DNA of 63,975 nucleotides, counting the filler, from Trypethelium eluteriae (Eukaryota), in the NCBI GenBank assembly GCA_051942245.1. It is 5 parts of 5 records of this genome, joined end to end, with 100 filler letters (N's around TTAATTAATTAA, not from the genome) between each part and the next. Parts side by side here need not be neighbours in the genome. Positions count along the whole stretch, not along the records: positions 13,607 to 27,081 come from JAVECL010000734.1; positions 27,182 to 40,655 come from JAVECL010000735.1; 3 more parts are not named here. One strand, given 5' to 3'. The notes below the pieces were generated by a model. It was not told the DNA's origin. It worked only from the letters and a program-made list of their open reading frames with translations, and ran no database searches. Position numbers and translations under genes: made by a program. The stretch's first letter is position 1. Every line of letters begins with the position of its first letter. This document shows positions 24,421 to 36,523 of this stretch, piece after piece.

Positions 24421-25151
24421 CCAACCACCTCTCCGCCTACTCGGTGTTTTGCAGACAGGCCCGACCAGGAGGTCCCGGACGTTTCCACACGCAGCGGGCG
24501 CCGATTGGTGGCTGGCGTTTGGATCGGCATGGCGCCCATGCAGTCAACATGGCGGAAAACGTCGTGTTAGTGGAGGGCTGGTGTGGTTCCTGCTTCTCCC
24601 CAGTCACTGCGCTACCCGGCGGCGCGCTTACGCTTTCCGTCCATCTTCATCCAACCGTGTCTTGTTTACCAACCTGCAAGCCCCTGAGTCCCTACAGCAT
24701 GCCAATACTCATCGCGCCCAATTGCCAATGCAGCGGCCTGCGACGGCCGCGCTACAATCCCCGTCAGCATCGAAAATCGCAATTTCCAGCCGAGCCTAAC
24801 GACGTCAATGGGCTTGAGGTTGCAACAGGAAGACCGCCTTGGCTTCGCGCCTGGGGGGGAATCGTGCACAGTAACGATGGTAACCCCCCGATGCTTAGAG
24901 CTGCATCCCATCTGTGATGCAGGTAGGTTTATAGACTGCCTAGCACCCCGGGCTTCTCCTCTCCTTCTTCTGTGCGGTCTTCTCTTGAAACCAACCTCCC
25001 CCCTTTGGCCAGCCCCCCAAAGTCAAAGTAGGAGTGACTCTTTCGTTATAGTCCTTCTGCGTCTGTCGTTTCTTGCGTCAATTCAAAACGTCCTAATCTG
25101 CGGATCTCTGTTTCGATCTTCAATTAGCTTTTACTGTCGTTAATCATCATC

Positions 25152-27081
25152 ATGGTCAAGAATTCCCTCGCCTTACTGGCGTTGGCTTCCACTGCCATCG
25201 CTGGAGGCTCCGGCTCTGGATGGGGAGATCAGGGTGAAAGTGGTAATGGATGGGGAGGTCAGCCTGGTGGTGGATCCTATGGAGGTGGAAATGGAGGCTC
25301 TGCCCCGAGCTACTCATCTGAGTCTCAGGGATGGGGATCTTCTCCCTCCGGCTACAGCAGCCCTCCCAGTTATAGCAGCCCTCCGAGCTACAGCAGCAAA
25401 GGATGGGGACCTTCAAGCTACAGCCATGGTTGGAGCTCTGAATCGACGACTTGCACTGACGAGAAGAGTACCACTCCATATAGCGAGAGTTACTCGACAC
25501 CAACGACCTACTCCTCGCCGCCAACCTACACCAAACCATCAACTTACTCTTCCCCATCAACCTATTCCTCGCCGTCTACTTACTCTTCGCCATCTACATA
25601 CTCTTCGCCGTCGACTTACTCTTCACCATCTACTTACTCCTCCCCATCGACGTATTCCACGCCATCCACTTATTCTTCGCCATCGACGTATTCCACGCCA
25701 TCCACCTACACCACGCCAACGACCTATTCGTCAGCCAATTCTACCTACACCACTCCAACCACGTACTCGTCTAGTACACCAAGCACTTACTCTACTCCGA
25801 CTACTTATTCTCTTAGCACTCCAAGCACTTACACAACGCCAACAACATATTCGTCTGCGAATTCAACCTATACTACGCCAACTACGTATAGCACGACTTC
25901 CCCCACGAGTGTTTCAGTGCAAACTTACAACTCCACTACTCCAACCACTGCGACCTATACTACTTACACTAGTGTCACGACTTGCCCAATCACCTCGACC
26001 ACAAGTGGCACTACCTACACTACTCTGACTACCAGCACTGTGACCATTACAAGCTGTAAGGGTGGCTGCACCAAGTCTACTACTCCAGTGACTACTCCAA
26101 CGACCTATCCGGTCACAACCACCCCCACTACTGGTACAGAGCAAACCACCACGCCAATCACTACTAGTTACACAACCCCAACTACCACTGGTTCCACAAC
26201 GGTTACTACCGAGATCACGACTACCTACATTACGACGTGCCCTGTCACTAGCACCTACTCTTCTGGGTCGACCACCTATACGAGTACAACCTCGACAGTC
26301 TCTACTTTGACGAGCACGTACACTCATACTACCACGGCTCCCGTGACGACCACTGAGATTACCACTGTCTACACTACGACTTGCCCTGTGACTAGCACCT
26401 ATAGCTCTGGCAGCACTACGTACACGTCCACTACCTCTACGGTTTCAACTCTGACCAGCACCTATACGAACACCGTCCCATACACGACGACGGAGATCAC
26501 GACAATTTACACCTCTACTTGCCCTGCCACGAGCACCTACAGCACTGGAACCACCGTGCTTACGAGCACCTACTCGACCGTTTCAACTATCACTTCAGTC
26601 TCGACCGCTACTCACACGATCCCGACTCCCACAGCGCCAACCACAGTTAGCACGGCAACTGTTGTTCCGACTCCTCCAGGCCCGCCGACGTCTGGCACTA
26701 CCGTTATTCCACCTCCAGTGTCTACCCCTGGCACCACTGTTGTTCCTCCCCCTGTCTCTACTCCTGGCACCACTGTTGTTCCTCCTCCAGTCTCTCAACC
26801 AGGCACCACCGTGGTTCCTCCTCCAGTCTCTCAGCCAGGCACCACCGTGGTTCCCCCACCGGTCTCTCAGCCAGGTACAACTGTCGTCCCACCACCGGTT
26901 TCCCAGCCAGGCACCACTGTCGTCCCTCCACCGGTCTCTCAGCCAGGCACCACCGTCGTTCCTCCACCACAGTCCACGCCCGGAACTTACGTGCCTCCTC
27001 CACAATCCCAGCCAGGCACGACTGTTATCCCGCCACCAGTCTCTCAACCCGGTACCACCGCCGTGCCACCCGTCTCAACTC
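25152..27081 (+). CDS. Secreted Ser/Thr/Pro-rich repetitive cell-wall/adhesin-like glycoprotein, 3'-truncated
   Basis: Signal peptide MVKNSLALLALASTAIA, Gly/Trp-rich segment, PSTYSS repeats, TTxCP modules and GTTVVPPPVSQP repeats, with no stop before the gap. Confidence 0.9.
25537..25735 (+). repeat. 18-bp coding tandem repeat (PSTYSS/PSTYST, ~10 units)
   Basis: The peptide is conserved while synonymous codons vary between units. Confidence 0.9.
26205..26610 (+). repeat. Three ~46-aa modules TTEITTxYxxTCPxTSTYSxGxTxxTST...
   Basis: Seen in translation. Each module has one Cys-Pro. Confidence 0.85.
26694..27080 (+). repeat. 36-bp coding tandem repeat (GTTVVPPPVSQP, ~11 units), runs into the assembly gap
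   Basis: Near-identical units such as ccaggcaccaccgtggttcctcctccagtctctcag. Confidence 0.92.
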
Positions 27082-27181
27082 NNNNNNNNNNNNNNNNNNN
27101 NNNNNNNNNNNNNNNNNNNNNNNNNTTAATTAATTAANNNNNNNNNNNNNNNNNNNNNNNNNNNNNNNNNNNNNNNNNNNN
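27082..27181. other. Artificial contig-joining spacer
   Basis: 44 N + TTAATTAATTAA + 44 N. Confidence 0.99.
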
Positions 27182-29387
27182 CCACAAACCCACCAACCTC
27201 CTCCCCCATCCCCACCGGCGCCTCCACATCCCAGCGATCGATCTCCTCGAACAGATGCGCCGCCCGGCGCACAAGCTGCCTGATGTTATCATGCGCGCGC
27301 ACACGCCGCTGCTGCAGCGCCACCGTTTCGGCAGCGGCGGCGGCGGCGGTAGAGGAGGAGTTCTGCTGGGGAGAGGCAAGCGGATTGGGTTTTGACGGGG
27401 AGGAGGCGCGATGCGTGGGTTGGGTGGACTTCTGAAGCTGGGCGAGATTGTAGGTGCGGCGGTGGAGGGCGGCTTCGAGGGCAGGGAGGACGACGCCGGT
27501 GAGAGCGGTGATTTCGGTCGGGGGTTGAGATGGCGGATAGGGATGTGAGTCTGTGGGGTTGTTGGAGGCGGATGAGGAGGTGGAGGTGGAGGTCGTGGTG
27601 GAGCTGTCGGAGTCGACGGAGGAGCGGGATGAAGGCGGGATGCTGGGGAGCTGGCTCTGTTTCGAGTCGACATGGGAGGGAGATTGGAAGGATAGGGAAG
27701 GGGATATTAGTGGGGGAAGCGGTTGCTGTGGGATCAATGGGGATTGCTTGATCGGTTGCTGAGGCAGCTGTGGTGATGTCTGAGATGATGCTTTCCGTCC
27801 ATAGGGATTAAAGGGCGGGATTTCGGGGATTTGCATTTTTGCGCGAGTCTCCGGTGAGGCAAGTTTGGGATGAGGTTGCTTATTCTCCCTAATATGTAGA
27901 GATCTCATCTTGGCGTCCATCTCTGCAGCGTTGACATCTGCAGCAATCTGCTTCTGCATAAAGTCATCATCGATGACAGAAGGCGGCTTGGATGTCTGAG
28001 GCGAAGCGGGCGTCTGGTTTAGGGGTCCCTCTTTGTCCTTGGAAAGGGGTGACGGAGGTGGCTGTGTCTTGGTTGGCGAAGGTGGTAGAGGTATCTTTGC
28101 CGGAGATCCAGTTGACAGCTGCAAATAGGACTTCTTCGAAGGGCTAGGAGGTGGAGGCGCATCTAGAGGTGAGTTGCTGGCCTTTATGGTATTGCCTCCG
28201 CATTGTAGACCTGAAGTCTTTATCGGGCTTTGTTTTGTACTAGGTCCCGTAGCCGGATGTTTTCGCGGCGACTGATTTGCATCCTGATCTGGCTGTGCTT
28301 GGCTTCTCGCGTTTGCCGCTGCTGCATTCATGGGCTTTAGTGGACCGCCTCTACCCCCTGCGGGCCTTATTGTTCCGAAGTCCCATAGGTCTTCGTTCCC
28401 AGCATTTGGCGATTCTGCCTCTTTATAACCTTCGTCTTCGTCTTCGAACTGGTCTTGATTTCCATGTCTCGCGCGCCATCTTTCATGACGCTCAATGAGC
28501 TCGGTCAAATAGGTCGCTTTCTTGGCCCTCCTCACGAACGGGTGCTTTAACAAGTCTTTTGCTGAAGGCCTTTCCTTTGGATCTTTGCGGAGACACAGGC
28601 TCACAAATTCTTGGAATTGCTGTGTAAAGTTGCCCTGGAGTGTAGGCGAAGGATTCTTTGGGATCAAAAACAGGACCTTCATTGGGTGAATATCTGAATA
28701 AGGAGGTTCTCCGTGCGCGAGCTCGAGTGCAGTGATGCCAAGTGACCAGATATCGGCTTTGTGGTCATAGCCAGACTGCTTGATAACCTCAGGCGCCATC
28801 CAGAATGGAGTTCCCACAAATGTGTTCTTCTTGGTCATTGTTGCCGACAGCTGGCCTGATACTCCAAAGTCGGCGAGCTTTACCTGTCCATTACCTCCGA
28901 GGAGAATGTTCGCCGCTATAGCTTCTCAGTCACAAAAGGGAGGAATTAAGGTGATTTCAACCGTACCTTTTATGTCTCTATGGAGCTTCTTGTCTGAATG
29001 AAGATACTCCAAGCCCATTAAGAGCTCCCTCACGATAATGGTGATATAGTCCTCGGGGATCAGTCCAGGCTTCATAAGGTCTCCACAGCTGCCGCCGGCG
29101 CAAAACTCCATGACTATCCAGAGATCAGAGCCCTTTAAATATGACCCATAGTACTTTGTAACGTATGGGGAATTGAGCTCTGCTAGTATAGAAATCTCTT
29201 GTATAATGTCATCCACTTCATCTTCGGCATTTTCTACGTCAATGACCTTAATTGCTACAGTCTGCCCAGTCCGCTTGTCGAGTCCTTTGTAGACCTTTCC
29301 AAAGCTTCCGCCGCCGATGCATGCTTGCTTCGTATAGTATTTTTCTGGATCTGCGGTTGCACCGATCGTGCCAGCATTAATCGGCAT
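27182..29387 (-). CDS. STE20-family GCK-III Ser/Thr kinase (MST-1/STK24-like), intron 28916-28966, 3'-truncated
   Basis: [71 protein letters not shown], and C-terminal [19 protein letters not shown]. Confidence 0.93.
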
Positions 29388-31082
29388 TATGTGACTATGG
29401 AGTCAGGGTCGAGTCGAGTCCCTCGGCAGGATTGTGACTACAAGGACTTGGTCGAACTATTTTTCTCAGGCTCGAAGTGTAGCTGCTTCGAAGCGGGAAT
29501 GAGGCTTGATTATGCGAGGAGCGTAGCGAGAATGCATAAGAGTCTTTGGGAAATCTTTCACAATTTGCACTATTTCGTCAGCCTCCTCGTCCCATCATCA
29601 AAGAAATATTTACATCTTCGGTACGGTCATATCCTTGGCGGGGTGCTTGCGGGGAGAAGGAAGTTCGAGTCGCACATTGCCACTGGACTGCGCATGGAAC
29701 TTCTCGACTACACAGGAATGGGTTTGCGAACGAAAAGGCATCATTACCGTCGTTTGGTTCAATTCGTCCACGTCGTTGTAGCTGTCCACGAGATTCGTAC
29801 TGAGCCGGATGATGCGATGCAGGGGTCCTTTCGTTTGTTTATACGCGGTGAACATGGATGACTTGCATGATAGGCACCGTCGCGGAAGGTCAATAATTTG
29901 TTGGGTTGCGTCGCGCTTTCGCAATAGGAATTCGGTCAAGTTGTAAGTCTGAAGCAGGCTCGGGAGGCGGCTCTCTTGTCGAAGACTGACCTTCTGGGCG
30001 TCAACATGGAGGGCAAGGATGGCGCGTTTCTGCGCAACGCCGGGGGCCTGCCTTGATTCGCTCACGCTTCATGCAGGTACATGCCCAATCCCAGACTCTC
30101 CCCGAAATGCTTCATTTCTTTACTAATTCTTCAATCATGTGTTACTCAAGAATGACACATCTCTTTCGGCAGACGGCTGATGATCTTGTTGTTGAGATCG
30201 GCTTTCGATGGTCAAAGCTTATAACTGCACGTCTTAACACGGCAGATGTTATCTCTTCTGCAAAGCAAGATGGGATGGCTTAGACTTCTTTTGGTTGTCT
30301 TGACTGAGCGCGAAGTACTACTATGGTACTTTTACGGTCTAGAACGAGATCCTTGTCCCCCACACGTCTTCTAACCAATTCATCTCCCTTTCGACATTTT
30401 GGGAACAGGCGATCCCAGCCCGTGGTCATGTTCACCTGGCCACGGAGATAATTCCCGCCCTCTTCCCTTGTGGCTCTGTAAATGACAATAAACAATGCCT
30501 CAGTCTTAACGCTGACAGAATGCAACCAATACCTCTCCTGTCATGGGGCAAGATTTTCCGCCATGCATGTACTTCAGTAGCCTGAACAGGAAGTAATGCC
30601 ACTACTACCAATCCTACTTTTTGGGCATGGTTAATGGCCCTGTGATAGGTCGCGCTGAATCACAGGCTTATCCTGTAGGTCATCCCATGCATGCAGTGGC
30701 CTGGGTGAGAAGTGGGAGAAATCGTCGTTTGTCTATTCGGTGATTAAGCATGCATAATTGATTGGATAGCCTTGAATGGTGTGAATGGGTCCAAAGATTG
30801 GACTCTGAAGCTAGGGCGACGCAGGAGTTGCTGCGGACCACCTCCACGATATTTGGGAGTATTCATAGGAAGGTTGTAGCCTACTAACAAGCGGAGGGTT
30901 TGAATCGTCTGATTTAAGACAAGGATTCGTTACCAAAGTCTGATATGAAGTTATGAATGGCGGAATGTCCAATAGAAAATTAGAGATGCTCCTTCAGATC
31001 GGCCCCACACGTCCAAGTCTCAAGCAGGTTCCTACCTAGTGCTCCCTCGGTCAACACCGATCCTCGAGCTCTTGTTGCCAAC

Positions 31083-31409
31083 ATGTCTTTCCAACGACCA
31101 ATTCTTTCGTCTAAAATCTTGACTCGTTCTCAACCCCCCATATATCACGGCTCGCTGCGCAGGTTTTGTGCTCATCCTCAGATCCGCGAGGAATCTAAGC
31201 ACTCTGGTCCCAAAATCACTGCAAACTATAATCGGCCTGCCGTCCCACGGTCCAGTTCACAACTCCCCGTCTTCCCTATTATCGCCATCTTCCTCTCAGG
31301 ATCTGGGCTCTTCTATCTCCTCGTGAAGCAGCGCGAGGGCGAGAGTAAACAGCACTATCAGATGCCCGAGCACGTCACCACGAACCCGCGTAAATCCTCG
31401 TCTTCGTAA
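31083..31409 (+). CDS. 108-aa ORF with mitochondrial-presequence-like N-terminus and one TM segment, in frame with URA6 (probable alternative first exon)
   Basis: Arg/Ser-rich, acid-free first 30 aa and hydrophobic PVFPIIAIFLSGSGLFYLLV followed by KQREG. Same frame as the ATG at 31449. Confidence 0.65.
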   Translation: MSFQRPILSSKILTRSQPPIYHGSLRRFCAHPQIREESKHSGPKITANYNRPAVPRSSSQLPVFPIIAIFLSGSGLFYLLVKQREGESKQHYQMPEHVTTNPRKSSSS

Positions 31410-32253
<844 letters not shown>

Positions 32254-32519
32254 ACGGGCACATCGAGGTGTTCAAAACACCCATCTGAAGAAGTTGACGG
32301 ACTGTTCAATACCAGTTATACCGATTAGAGAAATTAGAGGATTTTGGATCGATGGCTTAGCTCGTACATAGAGATATCAGCTGTGGGTTACTACCACGCT
32401 TTATCAGGTCATTCCAAGAGAAATCATTTTCACTCATCCGCCCGTTCCCAGGTTAAAGATCCTCCCAACGCCGCATGCTATGACACCTGTTTCCACAGTT
32501 CTATTGGGATTCGGACCCT

Positions 32520-33807
32520 TCATGCCTTTGCACCAGACCCGTTTAGTTCTGTCTCGACTTCCCGCATCCTCTCTTCCTTTGCTTGCCTCACCACATTTAG
32601 CACGCCCACCAAACTCGTCCGCCACAAATCCAGCCGACTAGCCACCTCTCGCCATTCCCGCTCGCCAAAAACCCGATACGTACTTCTGTGGATCAAAAAC
32701 ATCTGGTTCAGTTGACTCAGTTTGCCCTCTACTAGCCCCGCCCGTATCACGTCAATGACCCACACCTCGACCTCTTCCGACGGAATCTTTAGCCGGGCCG
32801 AGATCTCAGAGTATGGCAACTGTCTCGTCTGCGAGGCTGATGCTGCCATGGATGTGAGCGTCAGAAGCCGCATCTTGCGATTCAATGCTTGCACGTCAAA
32901 CTCTTGCTCCTCTAACCACCCATCATGTTCATCCTTGAAGTCATTGAACTCGTCGAGACCTTCAGTGCTGAATATCTCGAGAAGTTCAAAATAAATTGGA
33001 TTCGAGCGGCGCAGCGCCTGGACGGAGTCGAGTGCTGTGAGATCTTGGAAATCGAAATGTGATTGATGTGTGAGGGCGGATTTGAGGGCGCGGAGAGAAA
33101 GCGAGGTGGCTTCAGGATTGGAGACTGCGTCAGAGGAAACGGTACGAAGGGCACGAATTAAGTATTGGTATGCAGTTTCGTCTTCGCCGGCTGTGGAGGC
33201 GACATCGGTGATGGTGAGGAAGAGTTTGCGCTGTTGTTCGTCGTCGAGCTCCCACTCAACGATCCATTTATCGAGGTTCTTGAGTTGAGGCTCAAGATTT
33301 TCGAAATTGGAGGATTGGCGGACAACGGCGAGAATGGTGAGGAGAATATTATAGCGGATATCGTCATCTGGGTCGAGGATATTGAAAATAGTACTAAGGA
33401 CAGAAAGGGCGAGGCCAGGACCGTTGCTTGGAGAAGAGGTTATGGGTTTTGAGAGGTGCTGACATATCCTGGCCAGGAACATGTTTTCATTTTCGGATTG
33501 GCGGACCAGATGTAATAAATGTGAATAGGCGGGAATGAATTCTGAGATCTTGTCAATGTTGATCGAGAAGTACTGAAACATCGAACGTGCCCTTTTCTGG
33601 TGCGGTATTCAAAATCTCTGCGCCTCCGACGAGCTTCTTAAGCACATCATCTTGCTTGCCATTTCCTTGAAGCGCAGCGACTTCGGACTGAATATTCGAC
33701 GACTCGTCACCTTGGTTTTTCTTTAGTTGGTCGAGGTAAGCAGCAAACTCATCTGCAAGCTCTTCGAACGAGCCTTCAATGAGTACAGTGTTCAATACAC
33801 CAGGCAT
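32520..33807 (-). CDS. eIF3m: Eukaryotic translation initiation factor 3 subunit M (PCI domain), GC-AG intron 33542-33590
   Basis: MPGVLNTVLIEGSFEELADEFAAYLD, HFDFQDLTALDSVQAL, RKMRLLTLTSMA, EVEVWVIDVIRAGLVEGKLSQ, HRSTYRVFGEREW. Confidence 0.93.
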
Positions 33808-35418
33808 TTTGAACAAGGCAGGAAGTCTGGGACTGTAGGGAGGGCTTGCTGCGGAGAGTCAGTCCTTCAGTCCGACAGTTTGGTGTGCGCACGGCAGAAT
33901 CGACAAAATTACCAGACGGCGTCCGACCAGCCACAGGCGGTGTGCTGGCTAGCGCCTCGCTGAAGGTACAAGCACAGCCAGCCACGCGAACATATGTGGA
34001 TGTGGATGTCCCTGTTGTTCCTGATCTCAAAGACATCTTTTTTCCCCTCGAGATTGAAAATTGGCGGCGAAGAATGGAAAGAAAATCTCGGAAACAAGGC
34101 GCAAACAGAAAATAGGTGGGCATGGCTCCGTTGGACGTGACTTCCTTTCCATGCCCCTTCCCGTCTTGATCCTATCCAAAGATGCGAAACAGTCTTTCCG
34201 TCCTCACTGCAGCTTCCCCTTCAATCACTCTGAGCTCGTTGAACACCCAGGACTGACTACTGCCGCAATCGAGTATTTTTCTTCTTGTCTGATAAAGGTC
34301 GTGTTTGCGGTGTTATTTAGCAGCAGAATGCGGCTCCTCGAGGGTCGCATAATCCAGTATCCTGAGAATTGAACAAGGTTAAGACTTTATCCCAGAGACA
34401 ACTGATTGGCAATTGCTTCACTTTGGTCAGGCGCGTTCTTCTCCTTCTTTGCTTTTCTTTTCTTTTCTTTCAAATTATTAGTCGCCAGTCCGTATTGCCT
34501 CTTTCCAAGCTGAACCCGAACCTCCGGGACCCATTCGAGACCTTTGTGTTTGCCCTCAACCTTCCCATAATACTGGAACCTCGCCTAAGTCGTCCCTTCC
34601 AAGTTGGATGACCAAGCTCTCATGCAACTATCAGTATCCTTGTTTGTCTTCCTCTTTGCTTCTGCGCTCGACATGAACCTTTCATTGAGCGTGTCAATAA
34701 TTTAAGCATACAAATCCTCCATTAATATGGCCCTCCTGAGTCTGTAAGTGGACATGACCAAGGTGTGCATGGATTTCTCTTGTCCATGTGCCGGTATTCA
34801 CATACTGTTCTGGTGACGGCATCACAAATGTAGGTGTCTCACATTGTCTCGCACGACCACAGCCTCGTGGAGTGGATCTCTGTTTGTAACCGGATGAATC
34901 CAAATACACTTCCTTCAACAGGTTTGCTCTAATGTCAATTTCGCCCTCCATCCTGTCCCCCCTGTCAAGACACTGCGTTCTTGCTATCGTAATGCTGTCA
35001 GGTCTGATCGAAGGCCCTCAAGCCGTCTAGTGATCTCACAGAGGCCACATCTAGACGCAAAGCGACGCTTACAATTAGGAGCCACAGGTTGACAATACTT
35101 TTCTTGTAGTAACTTTATGTTGCACCACACCACTTCACCCAGGTGCATTGTCTCCAATGCACATGTCACATAGTTTACCCGCTGCTTAATTCAAAGCTTG
35201 GGATGCTGGTTTCACCTGCCGAGACAACAGCGGGTATATTCGATAAAGGTGTCTCGTGAAAGAAATGAGATCCCACGATACAACTCGGTCGTACAGAGGA
35301 GAGACCCCAAAAAGTCATGCAGAACGCCGCAAATGCTGTTCCTTGGTATCTGTTTCTCCACCTAAACGCCACGAGCAAATGCACATATTCAGCTCCAGGG
35401 CTTCAAATGCTATCCCTT

Positions 35419-36305
35419 TCAAAACCTCTCTTTCATTCTTGAAGCTACCGTTCTTAGGTTCCCATAGACCTTTCCCGGCGGACTCCCCAAGATCAAGCTC
35501 ACGATCGCTTCTCTTGCAATATGAATGTTCTTGAACCCCCCCAAAATATGAATCTTTTGATCCGCCAGCACCACTCGTGTTCGACTCGCATTCTCGATAG
35601 CGAATTTAGTCTTTCCCCCTTGGCCGGCGACACTGATTCAACGTTAGCTACTTGCTCTAGCTGTCAAAATGAAAGTGCTCGAACCGTCCAATCGCCCGTC
35701 CCATGTGCTCTCCTTGCAAATTCTTCACATCCTTGATCTCGAAAGTCTGGATGAACATTTGATTGTCAAGCCGTACAAAAGCAATCGCGTCTTCAACCTC
35801 GAAGCCCTGCTTATGTATTAGAGATAGCTTCAATTATGCGCGCAGCCATGAGATAAATTGCTTCACTGACAAGCGTAAAGGCACGGATGAAATCCTCCCC
35901 TTTCTGCAGTGCGCTGCTATCCGCCGTGTGTTTGGAGGTGCGCAATTCGACGGCTTTCGCTTTAACGTTCATACGGACTTGGAGCTTCAGGTGCTCGACA
36001 AGCGGAGGGTAGATTTTGGACCAGTTGGCTTTGAGTGGGGTCATGCGGTGTGGAGGGATGGGAACTTTGCGTGTTTCAACACGAGGAATGTGGGATTGCG
36101 ATGCAGATGGGGCGAATTTTGGGCGACCTTCCGCATCGATCTGCATTGAGTCTTCATTTTGGGATGATGTAGTAGGCTGTGTGGACTCTGGATTTTCCGG
36201 CAGAGCTGTGGGATCCAATATGACGGATGTCTCTGGCTCCTCAGGCTTGCTGCTCGCTTCTGCTAGCTGATCTGGAGCCCGCAGAAGCGCTGTTGGAGCA
36301 GGCAT
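35419..36305 (-). CDS. PNO1: Pre-rRNA-processing KH-domain protein Pno1/Dim2, 3 exons
   Basis: [35 protein letters not shown], spliced [14 protein letters not shown]...[25 protein letters not shown]...[20 protein letters not shown]. Confidence 0.95.
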
Positions 36306-36523
36306 GATGTGGAAATGTATGGTCGAAGACGTCAAATTGTGGGATGGCGTTGGTGGGTCGAACTTTTTGACGAATGCGCGGCGCCGAACCTCCGGACCAA
36401 GTCTAGGTCAATTGAAGCGTCATGATTTGCTTGTGATTCAACTATTTCCTTATCCACCCTACCATCTACTTTTCCCCGGCCCACATCAACCTCTGGACTG
36501 GTCAGAATGCAACCAGCCAGATA

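Noticed and set aside
23896..24917. Cluster of overlapping 100-210 aa ORFs on both strands
   Set aside because: No recognisable motifs, and several read through the CT microsatellite. This is what GC-rich promoter DNA is expected to produce.
25537..27080. Regular repeats as a CRISPR array or RNA polymerase II CTD
   Set aside because: There are no unique spacers. The units are in-frame coding repeats in a signal-peptide protein, and they are hexamers rather than YSPTSPS heptads.
29199..29861. 220-aa plus-strand ORF
   Set aside because: It is antisense to the kinase and its leader, starts at TTG and has no protein-like features.
34350..34675. Minus-strand Lys-rich reading frame interrupted by one TAG
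   Set aside because: It could be a gene relic, but no family is recognisable and it is too short to support a call.
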